From Piedraia hortae CBS 480.64 (Eukaryota), in contig MU005983.1 of the NCBI GenBank assembly GCA_010093745.1, positions 62,001 through 126,000 on the forward strand: DNA of 64,000 bases. The letters are read 5' to 3'. Below are positions 24,001 through 35,805 of this stretch, one piece after another (positions within the stretch are counted from its first letter, which is position 1; each line of letters starts with the position of its first letter). The notes below the pieces were generated by a model. The model was given only the letters and a program-made list of their open reading frames with translations, had not been told where the DNA came from and did not search any database. The position numbers and the translations under genes are program-made.

Positions 24001-25431
24001 CTAGAGCTGCAGTATGTGTCTCCCCAACTCAAGGAAGCCCACGACCTCAAACTAGCCGTACCCGGTACATATCAAAGCGGCAAACCCGTTGTGCGAATTC
24101 AGTCATTCGACCCCGTTGCCAGCGTTATCTCATCCAAACAGCGTCCGCGGAAGCTGTCGATACGTGGCAGCGACGGGGTGCGATACGACTACGCACTCAA
24201 AGGCCACGAAGACATCCGCCAAGACGAGCGGGTGATGCAACTCTTCGGCCTGGTCAACACTCTATTAGCCACCGACCCCGAATGTCTCAAACGCCATCTC
24301 AACATCCAACGCTACGCCGCCATCCCTCTCTCCACCCAGTCCGGACTCCTAGGCTGGGTCCCAAACAGCGACACCCTCCACGTCCTCATCCGTGAATATC
24401 GCGAAACGCGCAAAATCCTTCTCAACATCGAACACCGGATCATGGTCCAAATGGCGCCCGACTACGACCACCTAACACTAATGCAAAAAGTCGAAGTCTT
24501 CGGCTATGCCTTGGACAACACAACAGGTCAAGACCTCTACCGCGTCCTCTGGCTCAAGAGCAAAAGCTCCGAAGCTTGGCTCGACCGCCGAACCAATTAC
24601 ACCCGTTCCCTCGCCGTCATGTCTATGGTAGGCTACATCCTTGGCCTAGGCGACCGCCACCCCTCCAACCTCATGCTCGACCGCGTCACCGGCAAAGTCA
24701 TCCACATCGACTTTGGCGACTGTTTCGAAGTCGCCATGCATCGTGAAAAATACCCTGAACGCGTCCCCTTCCGACTCACCCGAATGCTCACCTTCGCCAT
24801 GGAAGTCAGTAACATTGAAGGCTCCTTCCGTACAACATGCGAATACACCATGTCCCTCCTCCGCTCAAACAAAGATTCCCTCATCGCCGTCCTGGAAGCA
24901 TTCATCCACGACCCCCTAATGAACTGGAGGTTGAACGTCCCGAAAAACGGCCCAGAGCCAGGTGATCCTGCACCCCCGCAGGCGGTGTTAGAGCCTGCGG
25001 CAGCGAATAGAAGACCAAGCGTCATGGGCGCCGTGGACGCGGAACCACTCGTTGGCGCTCCCACTACGACAGCGGGAGGATCGCTTCGCGTAGGGGGGAA
25101 ACATCCCACCACTAATAATATTGAGGAAGGGGAGAGGGAAGTTCAAAACGCTAGAGCAGTGCAAGTTCTGGAACGTGTTAAAGAGAAGCTTTCGGGGAGG
25201 GATTTTGTTAAGAAGGATGCGGTGCAGGGGGGGAAGAAGATTCTGGCGAAGAAGCCGGGTGAAGGGGTAAAGAGGGGGAGAGGGGAGAAGGTTCGCTCGA
25301 CACCGGAGGGTGAGGGGGGGGAGGAAGAAGAGGAAGACGAGGGATCAAGTGAACTTGATGTTGAAGAGCAAGTGGAGCAGCTAATTGTCGAGGCGACGAA
25401 TTTGGAGAATCTGTGTCAGCATTATATTGGG
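18061..25431 (+). CDS. TOR: TOR serine/threonine kinase; final short exon probably lies in the N gap
   Basis: HEAT repeats, FAT, FRB (LWHELWHEALEEASRLYF), kinase domain (LKGHEDIRQDERVMQ, LGLGDRHPSN, IHIDFG), FATC ending ENLCQHYIG followed by GTGAGT...GCTAAC intron running into the gap. Confidence 0.97.
22912..22965 (+). repeat. 9-bp coding tandem repeat (AACGGTATC-like x6, NGI/NGV) inside TOR
   Basis: aacggtatc aacggtatc aacggtgtc aatggtatc agcggtatc aacggtgtc. Confidence 0.9.
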
Positions 25432-25476
25432 GTGAGTTTGGGGGTTTTCAAGGGGTTGGGGGAGGCGCTAACGTTG

Positions 25477-25601
25477 NNNNNNNNNNNNNNNNNNNNNNNN
25501 NNNNNNNNNNNNNNNNNNNNNNNNNNNNNNNNNNNNNNNNNNNNNNNNNNNNNNNNNNNNNNNNNNNNNNNNNNNNNNNNNNNNNNNNNNNNNNNNNNNN
25601 N
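25477..25601. other. Assembly gap (125 N)
   Basis: Run of N flanked by G-rich sequence. Confidence 1.
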
Positions 25602-26727
25602 TGAGGGGGGAGGAGGCAGTGGGGTGGACAGTGGGATCGATATATGATGTACATTCAGATAAAAGTTCCTTGGGGGATCATGTAGGGAGTATACATAAAC
25701 GGTATGCATTACGTAAAATCTAATTTGCGGTTAGAGAGAAGTGGGGAAGACTATACTTCTCCCTTCCCTTTACCACTCAGGGTTTGCGTAACAAGCTTTT
25801 TTTGAATTCGCTCTCATAGATTTTGCGATAGAAATGATGTCTTTGGTCATGTCGTTATATTGGAGTGTATGTATGCAAATTAGACGCATAAGCCAAAATT
25901 GTACAGTGCGTGAAAATTCTTGTAGTGGAATTCACTAAGTTGGTTGGTGGGCTTGGCGCGGCTAGTGACGTGCGGAAGAGTTTCCGTTGTCTGATGAGAT
26001 GACCGGGACTGACTCCACGGGCAGATAGAGTGTGATAACGTACGTACGTCCCCAAGATCTCCCCTCTCCCCCTCGAACCTCCCTCCTATCCTCCTGCCTT
26101 CGGCCCGTTCCGGCCCTTCCAGACACTATCATACGTCACGCCTGTCACAATTGAAAACAGACGGTATGTGCGAGTGAGAACGATGGATGGAGAGTAGAGA
26201 CGTGTTTTTGAGTGAATACAAGTGTATCTACGAGGGGACATTAGAGAATATATTCTGGGCTGGAAGGCCCGTGCGTAGCCTCGCATGAAGAGTCATCAAT
26301 CGTATTACCGTAAGCATGTGGTCATACATGCAGTAAGGCCGTCAGCGTGCAGTCTTACTCCATGACTCACCTCAAACAGTAACAGGGCGCATTCACCATG
26401 TCGCATGTGACATGACCCTAAGGGAAACCTCTGTGAGGACAAAACCTAGGGTGCAGCTGCTGGTGTAAGAGGTGTCGTGTAGTGGCATCGTACATTCATG
26501 GCAACGAGGCTTCATGCCAGCAACAATCTCACAAGAGGATAGCAGATGGAAAAAGTCGTTCAAACTCGATATCGATAGAGCACAGCAGAACGACAGGAAA
26601 CACGACCCAAAGCTAATAGGCTTAACCGAATCTGATCACGTTATCTTTTGTCCTACTGTAACCATCGATAGCCGCTCATGAGGACTCAAAATATTGAGTG
26701 CAATTCCTCTGATCCAAGCAGCACGAA

Positions 26728-28704
26728 ATGCACACTATCGGGGACCAGGATGAAGCTATGCCTACGGCGAAGCATCCCTATCTGACCAGGAACTTCACTC
26801 CTGTCCAAACGACTATCCCATTGACGTCTTGCGAGTACGTTGGAACCATTCCCGTTGAGTTCCATGGGGGACAGTACGTTTGTAATGGAAGCAATCCCGT
26901 GACCAACTCTGACCAGTCTCGCGACGCACACTGGTTCGACGGCGATGGGATGCTCTGTGGTGTGCTGTTCTCGATCGATGAGGAGACTGGAAAAGTCGTC
27001 CCTCAATTTGTGAATCAGTTTGTTTTGACGGATCTTTATCTTTCAGCGATCAATTCACCGAATCTACGCGTTCCCATTGTGCCTAGCATTACTATCTTGA
27101 TAAACCCGCTGACTAGTTTGCTGAAGATTGCAATGAGCGTCATGCGAACTGTTGCACTGGTCATATTGAGCTTCTTGCCCGGCTCGAAACAAAAGATCAA
27201 GCGTGTCAGCGTGGCGAATACGAACATCGTCTTTCATGACCGCAGGGCTCTGGCGCTTTGCGAGAGCGGACCGCCCATGAGAGTTCATTTACCAGGGTTG
27301 GAAACGGTGGGTTGGTTTAATGGCCACAGAGCCGAGGGTGAGGGTGAAGGTGTCCCTTCGGACAGTGCAGTCCTAGGAGGAAAGGGCCCATTAAGTTTCT
27401 TCTGGGAATGGACAACTGCCCATCCAAAGATCGATCCGACCACAGATGAAATGCTGCTTTTCCACAACAGTTTCTTGCCACCCTATGTAAAGGTCAGCGT
27501 TTTACCTGCTCGGGGAAAGAACAGAAGGGGCGACTTATTGAACAGGCCCGTTCCAGGCATGATACGACGAGGCAAGGTGATGCACGACTTTGGCGTCTCA
27601 CGCACCCACACCGTTATCATGGACTTGCCACTCACCTTGGACCCAATGAACCTACTCAAGGGTCTACCAACGGTACACTTCGACGAAACCATGCCATCTC
27701 GCTTTGGCGTATTCCCGCGTCATCGACCAGAAGACGTCACCTGGCTCGAAACAGCCCAACCATGCTGCATCTTCCACACAGCAAACACTTGGGACGAAAC
27801 GGACAACAATATCGTCAACCTCCTTGCATGTCGAATGACAAGCCCCTGCATCGTCTACATATTGGGCAACCTCCCCGTCCCCAGCTCTTTTTCCCCTTTT
27901 ACAAAACGAGAAAAAGCCCTTGGTCTTGAAGAAACACCCCTCGTCCCCGAAAACGAATCCCTCTCACCAGGTTCTTACAACTGGGACATGGCCCAGTGTC
28001 GGCTATACTTCTACTCCTTCAACCTCTCCACAAAACAAATCGCCCACGAATTTGCCCTCTCAAGGATTCCCTTCGAGTTCCCCTCCGTCTCACCAGCCTA
28101 CAACATGCAAAGCGCACGGTACGTCTACGGGTGCAGTACGACCTCCCCGAGCGGGAGTTTCACCACCACTTCCCCCGACAAGGTGATGAAAATCGACGTG
28201 CTTGTAAAAATGGATGTCGCTGCTTTGATACAAAAGGGGAAACAGGAGGGACATCCTTCAGGCTGTGTGGATTTACGCCTTCCGAATGACGTGTTTGGAA
28301 GCAATGACGCGAATGATTTTATTAAGAGTTTCAAGATGCCGGAAGGGTGGATCGCGCAAGAGCCGAGGTTTGTTCCGCGAAAAGAAGGAGAGAGGGAGGA
28401 TTCGGGGTACCTTGTTTTTTTTGCGTTTAATGAGGGAAAAATTTTTCATGATGGGGGTGTTCCTGATGGAGGGGCAACGTCGGAGTTGTGGATACTTGAT
28501 GCGAGGAGTATGGAGGGGGTTGTTGCGAGGGTACGGCTGCCGCTGAGGGTGCCGTTTGGACTTCATGGGATTTGGTTCTCGGCAAGGGAGGTTGGAGGGC
28601 AGAGAGAGGTGGAGAGGTTTCGGGATGTTAAGGGGGTGAGTGGGAAAAGGGAAGGGGGGGTTTGGATGGGTATTAGAGGGTGGATTGAAAGGAGACTAGG
28701 TTAA
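26728..28704 (+). CDS. Carotenoid cleavage oxygenase (RPE65 family), CarX-like
   Basis: HPYLTRNFTPV, RDAHWFDGDGM, SVANT, and four iron-ligand His (TTAHPK, VMHDFG, IFHTAN, PFGLHG); QEPRFVPR. Confidence 0.9.
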   Translation: MHTIGDQDEAMPTAKHPYLTRNFTPVQTTIPLTSCEYVGTIPVEFHGGQYVCNGSNPVTNSDQSRDAHWFDGDGMLCGVLFSIDEETGKVVPQFVNQFVLTDLYLSAINSPNLRVPIVPSITILINPLTSLLKIAMSVMRTVALVILSFLPGSKQKIKRVSVANTNIVFHDRRALALCESGPPMRVHLPGLETVGWFNGHRAEGEGEGVPSDSAVLGGKGPLSFFWEWTTAHPKIDPTTDEMLLFHNSFLPPYVKVSVLPARGKNRRGDLLNRPVPGMIRRGKVMHDFGVSRTHTVIMDLPLTLDPMNLLKGLPTVHFDETMPSRFGVFPRHRPEDVTWLETAQPCCIFHTANTWDETDNNIVNLLACRMTSPCIVYILGNLPVPSSFSPFTKREKALGLEETPLVPENESLSPGSYNWDMAQCRLYFYSFNLSTKQIAHEFALSRIPFEFPSVSPAYNMQSARYVYGCSTTSPSGSFTTTSPDKVMKIDVLVKMDVAALIQKGKQEGHPSGCVDLRLPNDVFGSNDANDFIKSFKMPEGWIAQEPRFVPRKEGEREDSGYLVFFAFNEGKIFHDGGVPDGGATSELWILDARSMEGVVARVRLPLRVPFGLHGIWFSAREVGGQREVERFRDVKGVSGKREGGVWMGIRGWIERRLG

Positions 28705-28892
28705 ATGGCATGTCGTTACACAGTCTAGGTAGGCAGGGTAATACGTAGGACACTAGGATAGTAATATCGTTATCTTGAGCGAATCGTCGTGTTACCGGAT
28801 GCTATCTAACGCGGGGCGGATGCTGCGGGTACTGCGGGCGGGAGGAAACGCGACGCGATAAATATCCCGCAGTCGCACAGGAACTGCTCAAC

Positions 28893-31800
28893 ATGTTACC
28901 ACAAACGTCCGCAAAAGTGGCGGTGCGGTTCTCGTCCACTCGCTCCATCCACCTAAAGCGACGGTTGAGACCAACACTCAGAACCCTAACACAGATATCA
29001 AATAGTCGGCCCTTTTATTCCTCATCAACAGAGGAAACTAAACCAGCAGATCCCAAACTTGGAAATGCATCTGTATTCGCGCCCCTTGACACTTTTCCCA
29101 GACGCCATCTTGGCCCAGATGCCTCCTCTGTGGGTGCCATGCTGGCGAGCCTCAATCCACCAGTGTCTAGTCTAGATGAATTCGTGAAAGAAGCTCTGCC
29201 TAATACCATCCTGACGAGTAGAAACTTGAAAATCCAGGGTCCAGTTCCCGAATCTGGATCAATGGCTACCAATGAAGGCGGCTATTCAGAAAGTCAGTTA
29301 ATGGACAGGCTTCGTCAACTCGCAAACGAGAACAAGGTCTACAAAAGCTACATTGGTCAAGGTTACGCGGGAACCAAAGTGCCAGAGGTGATCAAGAGGA
29401 ACATGCTAGAAAGCCCGGCTTGGTACACCAGCTACACGCCCTACCAGCCCGAAATCAGCCAAGGGAGGTTAGAGTCGCTCCTTAATTTCCAAACAATGGT
29501 CACCGATCTTACTGGTTTGCCCATTGCGAACGCTTCAGTCTTGGATGAGCCTACCGCTGCTGCAGAGGCCATGACGCTCGCTATGAACGCGTTGCCCAGT
29601 GCACGCCAGAAACAAAAGAATAAGGTATTCCTGGTCTCTCATCTGTGCCATCCGCAGACGATCGCTGTCCTGCACGGTCGTGCAGTGGGTTTCGGCATCA
29701 CCATAGAGGTCGCCGATCTGCTAAAAGACGATTGTGCTCGAGTCGATGAACTTGGCAGAGACCTTATTGGAGTGCTGGCTCAGTACCCTGATACTCTCGG
29801 TGGAGTCAGCGACATGCGTGGCTTGGCAGACAAAATCCACAAACAACAGGCAACGTTTGCTGTCGGAACCGATCTCTTGGCCCTAACACTGCTCACACCG
29901 CCTGGAGAATTCGGAGCAGATGTTGCCTTTGGCAATGCACAACGCTTTGGAGTGTCCCTTGGATTTGGCGGGCCTCATGCAGCGTTCTTTGCAGTGGCTG
30001 ATAAGCACAAGCGTCGCATCCCTGGACGTCTTATCGGTCTGTCCAAAGATCGATTAGGAGATCCAGCAGCTCGCTTGGCGCTGCAGACGAGGGAGCAACA
30101 CATCAGACGCGAAAAGGCGACAAGCAACATTTGCACCGCTCAGGCTCTCTTGGCTAATATGAGCGCCATGTATGCAGTCTACCACGGTCCAATGGGACTG
30201 AAGCGGATTGCGGAAAAGGTGGCGAGCATGGCACAGGTCATCGCCAGAGGGCTGCGTAAAGCTAACTTTGAAGTCAACCAACCAATCGCATTTGATACAA
30301 TCGTTGTTAAAGTGCCGGATGCGGCCCAGTTTGCGAAGAAGGCTGCTGATGAAACTCAGCAGAACTTCAGGGTGGTGGATGAGAATCACATTGGAATCAC
30401 AGTCGATGAAACAGTCGGCAAGAAGCAAGTTGAGGAGATCCTGCGGGCTTTTACCAAGGAAAAGATTAATGTTATAAGCCTTGCTGAGGGCTCAGACCAT
30501 GAATTACTCGCCATACCTGAGAATCTGAAACGCAAGAGTCCATATCTCCAGCATCCGACCTTCAACAAGCACCATTCCGAGACGGAGCTACTTCGTTACA
30601 TACGCCACCTAGAGGCCAAGGATCTCTCGCTTGTCCACTCCATGATCCCGCTCGGATCGTGTACGATGAAACTCAATGCCACGACGGAGATGACTCCTGT
30701 GTCATGGCCCGAATTCGCCGGTATCCATCCTTTTGCTCCGGGAGACCAGACCGCTGGGTATGCGACTCTGATCAAAGAACTCGAGGAGGATCTTGCTGAG
30801 ATTACCGGGTTCGATAAAGTCAGTCTCCAGCCAAACTCTGGTGCCCAGGGCGAGTTCACTGGTTTGCGTATCATTCGCGAGTATCACAAGCAGAACACTG
30901 ACCACAAGCGCGATATCTGCCTCATTCCCGTCTCGGCTCATGGTACAAACCCCGCCAGTGCGGCCATGGCTGGTATGCGCGTTGTTACCATCAAATGCGA
31001 TAATACCACCGGCAATCTGGACATTGCTGATCTGAAAGCGAAATGCGAAAAGTACTCTGATGAGCTTGGGGCCATAATGGTTACGTATCCCAGTACGTTT
31101 GGTGTGTTTGAGCCGAACATCAAGGATGTGTGTCACATTGTGCACGAGTATGGAGGCCAGGTATACATGGACGGCGCGAATATGAATGCTCAGATTGGGC
31201 TGTGCTCTCCAGGCGAGATTGGCGCCGATGTGTGCCACCTGAACCTTCACAAGACGTTTTGCATCCCGCATGGAGGTGGAGGGCCTGGTGTAGGCCCCGT
31301 TGGAGTGGCAAAACATCTATCACCTCTTCTGCCAGGTCACCCGTGTGAGCCTGGACTAGGAGGAGAGAATGCCATTTCGCCCGTCTCTGGTGCTCCTTGG
31401 GGATCTGCCAGCATTCTCCCCATCAGCTGGGCTTATATCAAGATGATGGGCGCTCGGGGATTGACCCATGCTACCAAGATTACTTTGCTCAACGCAAACT
31501 ACATAATGTCGCGTCTGCGTGAGCACTATCCGATTCTTTACACCAACGAAAAGGGACGATGTGCGCACGAGTTCATTCTGGACATTCGCGAGTTCAAACA
31601 GACGGCTGGGATCGAGGCGTTGGATGTAGCAAAGCGGTTGCAAGACTATGGTTTCCACGCACCAACCATGTCGTGGCCAGTGGCTAATACGCTCATGATT
31701 GAGCCTACGGAATCTGAGAGCAAGGCTGAGTTGGATCGCTTCTGTGACGCGTTGATTTCAATTCGTCGGGAAATTACCGAGATTGAACAAGGGAAGCAGC

Positions 31801-32094
31801 CACGAGAAGGGAACGTGCTCAAGATGGCACCGCATACGATGAAGGATATTGTCATGGGTGGCTGGGAAAAACGACCGTATAGCCGCGAAAAAGCAGCGTT
31901 TCCTCTGCCGTGGTTGAAATCGAAGAAGTTCTGGCCCAGCGTTACGCGATTGGACGATGCTTATGGCGATATGAATCTGTTTTGCAGGTGGGTTGTTGAG
32001 ATTTGAGGACAGGACTTTTGCTAACGATGGCAGCTGTGCTCCGGTGGAGACGATAGACGAGATGACGGGAGCGGCAGCGCCTATGCCCACGTAA
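28893..32094 (+). CDS. GCV2: Glycine dehydrogenase (glycine cleavage P protein), mitochondrial, 2 exons
   Basis: WYTSYTPYQPEISQGRLESL, REKATSNICTAQAL, PLP-lysine motif HLNLHKTF, presequence-like N-terminus; intron 31988-32033. Confidence 0.97.
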
Positions 32095-32696
32095 TGGACT
32101 TTCACTTCCCCTTCCCCGCGTTACAGCAGGCGTCAACGGCTAGATGAGGCGTGGCTTTTGTTACGAGCCTTGGCGTTTTGTTGGATAGCAGAGCACTGGC
32201 TCTCTACCAGTCCATGTGACCATTCAATCCATGATCTGGACTCTTACAAGAACAAGCGTTTGCCCCCTACATGTACGCTTAGTGCCAATGTAACCCATTG
32301 CTTTTTCCTCAGGAACCAGCCACCTCCTGGGATGACGGTCATGCCTATTGGTAGTCCCGCGTAAAGCCGGCGTAAATAATGGGGCAACAGCCACGATTGC
32401 GTAATAGATGACCTCCACCTCCGCATTCTAGACAGGTGTGATTCGCCTGTCTCTTCCAGAAGCGGCTAGTGAAGAACAAGACGCGGGGTTCTGCGGGGGA
32501 ACCTTGATCGCTCCCGGCCAGCCGCGTGGAGTGGCGTCGTCGTCAAGCGTCATCGTAAACACCCAGTAGCATAAAGAATGTCCGCGCCCGCCATGGTTTG
32601 GGCTACCCTGTTCGATCGCTACATTTCCGCGTACGGGTAGGAGTTGTTCGTTTGTGTGAAAAGGACCGCCGTTCAGCATTGACCTGAACAGCCGAG

Positions 32697-35600
32697 ATGG
32701 TGCGTTCTTCCTTGGGTCTTGCGGCTCTGGCCAGTGTGGCCTGCGCCCAGGTCTATGACACTCGCTTTGAAGGCACAACTTGGGATGACGCCAATTGGAT
32801 CATCAAGTCTACAAACCTTGACCAGGGTCACTATCAGTCCCGTATATCGCTTGCGAATGGTTATATTGGTATAAATCTGGCATCTTTGGGTCCCTTTTTC
32901 GAAGCCGATGTACCAGTCGATGGAGACAACATCTTTGGTTGGCCTTTATTCGCCCGTAGACAGAGCTTTGCTACAGTTGCCGGGTTTTACGATTCCCAGC
33001 CACAAACAAACGGAAGCAACTTTCCCTGGCTGTACCAGTATGGCTGGGACAGTGCCATTAGCGGTGTCCCTCACTGGGCCGGTCTGCACATCAAATCTGG
33101 TGGTAACATCCTGCGTGCCAATACACCTGCTTCGCAAATCTCAAACTTTTCAACTTCTCTCAGCATTTCTGACGCCACCATGAACTGGAAATTCCTGTGG
33201 TCGCCGGGATATGGGCCAAATTTGAATGTAGAATACACAGTGTTTGTGCACAAGCTGCGTATTAATCAAGCCGCGGTTCAGCTCAAGGTGTCGTCTGAGC
33301 AGAATGCGGAGATTGAAGTTATTGATGTCTTGGAAGGCGAAGCTGCTGTGCGGACGACTTTTGTTGATAAGGGCTATGGGCAGCGATTTCCTTTGATCTG
33401 GTCTGCTGTCAGTCCTAATGGTACTCCTAATGTCACTGCCTGGGTCTTTTCCTCGTTGGAAGGTGACAGTTACTGCCGCAAGAAAACCAGAAGACGGTTC
33501 GAGGATAGTAGTCTGATTGGAACCAACAGCTCTTCAATCGCTCAGAGCATGAAAGTCCATCTCAAGCGCGGCGAGACCAGCACGGTCACAAAGTACGTTG
33601 GTGTTGCGTCTACTGATGACTTTGCGCAGCCAAAGGAAGTGGCCTGGAAGGCAACTCGTCAAGCTGCAGAAACTGGCTTTGAAAAAATGCACAAGTCCCA
33701 TGCGGCTGAATGGGCAAGCATTCTGACCAGAGACTCGGTCGATCGGTACTATCAAGCAAATGGGTCGCTGCCGCAGCAAGTGAACGATGAAAATATTGTT
33801 GAGCTGCAGATTCTCGCTGTCACGAACCCGTTCTTCCTGCTGCAACAGACTGTCGGATCAAATGCCATTGCTGCTGCGGGCAACAACACTGGGCTGGGCA
33901 CACACAGCATTTCTGTTGGTGGACTGGGAAGCGATGCCTACGCGGGACAGATCTTCTGGGACGCTGATGTCTGGATGGCACCTGGTCTTCTTCCAAGTTT
34001 CCCCGAGGCGGCTAAGCAGATTGCCGAGTATCGTGTGGCCAAATTCCCACAGGCTCGGGAAAACATCAAAACGGCGTATCAGTCTAGCCAGAACAAGACG
34101 GGCAAGTTCTCGACCGAGGGAGCAATATTCCCGTGGACCAGTGGAAGGTATGGCAACTGTACCGCCACCGGGCCTTGCTTTGACTATGAATATCATCTTA
34201 ATGGTGATATTGGATTGGAAATGTACAGCTACCTCGCCCTTACCGGAGATGCTGCTCTGTTCAAGAAGGATTATCTCCCCATTTACGACGCTGTGGCTCA
34301 GATGTATGCTGATCTCGTCACTTGGAATGAGACGTTGAAGGCGTACGAGTTGTACAATGGAACTGATCCTGATGAATATGCCAACTTTGAAGACAACATT
34401 GGCTTCACCATGGCGTTGATGAAGGTGCACATTGACTCGGCTAATGATCTTCACACTCGGTTTGGTCTGGATCGAAACGAGACTTGGGCCAATATCTCGT
34501 CTCAGATTTTGATTCCTGCTTATGAGCCAGCGAATATTATCAAAGAGTATGCAGATATGAACGATACTGTGGAAGTGAAGCAGGCCGATGTCGTGCTTGT
34601 TGATGACTTTCTCAACTGGCCGAACAAGTACACCCTCAGTGACTTGGACTACTATGCTGGGAAGCAGTCTCTGAACGGGCCTGGAATGACGTACGGAGTG
34701 TTCAGCATTGTTGCCAATCGGGAATCTCCTTCAGGCTGCTCTTCATACACGTATGATCTGTACAGTTCCCAGCCCTATCTCCGCGGGCCGTGGTTCCAGT
34801 ACAGCGAGCAAATGTTGGACGACTGGCAGACAAACGGCCACACGCACCCAGCCTACCCCTTCCACACCGGCATGGGCGGTGCCAGCCGCATTGCCATCTA
34901 CGGCTATCTAGGACTGCGTGTCATGCTGGATAGTCTCAGCATCGATCCCTCATTACCTCCTCAAATCCCCCAAATCCACTACCGAAAATTCTACTGGCAG
35001 GGCTGGCCCATTGATGCCGTCTCCACCCAAACCCACACCACCCTCAAACGTCTTCAAGGTCCCTTGCCCAGCGCAAACCAGAAATACGCCGATTCCATCC
35101 CAGTGGCCATTGGCCTCAACTCAACCACAAACCTCACCCTCACCTTCTCCGCCCCTCTAGTCATTCCCAACCGCCAAATCGGCAATATCAAATCCGTGGC
35201 CAACAACATCGCGCAATGTCTTCCCGTAACCTCCAACCGTCAATACCGCCAAGGTCAATTCCCCCTCGCGGCCGTCGACGGCGCTTCATCAACAAAATGG
35301 CAGCCCATCTCCGCCAACGAATCCTCCTCCATTTCCATCCACCTCAGCGAACCCTACGTCCCAATCAAAGAAGTAATGCTCGACTGGGCGCAGTCTCCAC
35401 CGAAATCCTTCCGTCTCGTATTCACAAACACATCCGCCGACCCAGACACTACAGAAGGAACCCTCTTCACCGAGGACAACAATGTCAAAATCTCTAGCCC
35501 CTACGATGCGGTTACAGCATACGTGATCAAACCTGTCGGTGCGAACACGACGAATATTACAGTTGACACGCCGAAGTGGAGCGGCAAGTATGCGATTCTG

Positions 35601-35708
35601 ACGATTGAAGGGAATCAGGGCGATGGGGGGGTGCTGGGTTACGGGGCGAGTGTGGCTGAAGTTGCGATTGTTGCGGAAAATGGGAGGGATGTAGTTAAGA
35701 GGTTGTGA
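32697..35708 (+). CDS. ATH1: Secreted/cell-wall acid trehalase, glycoside hydrolase family 65
   Basis: Signal peptide, SLANGYIG, YAGQIFWDADVW, GPCFDYEYHLN, TDPDEYAN, VKQADV, C-terminal AVDGASSTKWQP module. Confidence 0.93.
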   Translation: MVRSSLGLAALASVACAQVYDTRFEGTTWDDANWIIKSTNLDQGHYQSRISLANGYIGINLASLGPFFEADVPVDGDNIFGWPLFARRQSFATVAGFYDSQPQTNGSNFPWLYQYGWDSAISGVPHWAGLHIKSGGNILRANTPASQISNFSTSLSISDATMNWKFLWSPGYGPNLNVEYTVFVHKLRINQAAVQLKVSSEQNAEIEVIDVLEGEAAVRTTFVDKGYGQRFPLIWSAVSPNGTPNVTAWVFSSLEGDSYCRKKTRRRFEDSSLIGTNSSSIAQSMKVHLKRGETSTVTKYVGVASTDDFAQPKEVAWKATRQAAETGFEKMHKSHAAEWASILTRDSVDRYYQANGSLPQQVNDENIVELQILAVTNPFFLLQQTVGSNAIAAAGNNTGLGTHSISVGGLGSDAYAGQIFWDADVWMAPGLLPSFPEAAKQIAEYRVAKFPQARENIKTAYQSSQNKTGKFSTEGAIFPWTSGRYGNCTATGPCFDYEYHLNGDIGLEMYSYLALTGDAALFKKDYLPIYDAVAQMYADLVTWNETLKAYELYNGTDPDEYANFEDNIGFTMALMKVHIDSANDLHTRFGLDRNETWANISSQILIPAYEPANIIKEYADMNDTVEVKQADVVLVDDFLNWPNKYTLSDLDYYAGKQSLNGPGMTYGVFSIVANRESPSGCSSYTYDLYSSQPYLRGPWFQYSEQMLDDWQTNGHTHPAYPFHTGMGGASRIAIYGYLGLRVMLDSLSIDPSLPPQIPQIHYRKFYWQGWPIDAVSTQTHTTLKRLQGPLPSANQKYADSIPVAIGLNSTTNLTLTFSAPLVIPNRQIGNIKSVANNIAQCLPVTSNRQYRQGQFPLAAVDGASSTKWQPISANESSSISIHLSEPYVPIKEVMLDWAQSPPKSFRLVFTNTSADPDTTEGTLFTEDNNVKISSPYDAVTAYVIKPVGANTTNITVDTPKWSGKYAILTIEGNQGDGGVLGYGASVAEVAIVAENGRDVVKRL

Positions 35709-35727
35709 GGCGGGTAATTGTATGAAA

Positions 35728-35805
35728 GGGCGTGTAGCTCAGTGGTAGAGCGCTCGCTTTGCATTGGTGTGCGAGAAGTCTAGGGTTCGATCCCCTACTC
35801 GTCCA
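35728..35805 (+). tRNA. tRNA-Ala(TGC) with 6-nt intron
   Basis: GGGCGTG/CTCGTCC acceptor stem with G3:U70, GCTC/GAGC D stem, CTCGC/GCGAG anticodon stem with TT-TGC-A, extra TTGGTG after position 37, TAGGG-TTCGATC-CCCTA T arm, T7 terminator. Confidence 0.93.

Noticed and set aside
25855..26681. Short ORFs between TOR and the carotenoid oxygenase (possible opsin or car-gene relic)
   Set aside because: No opsin or carotenoid-enzyme motifs seen in the frames examined.
32158..32430. Short ORFs between GCV2 and trehalase
   Set aside because: No recognisable homology or splice pattern.
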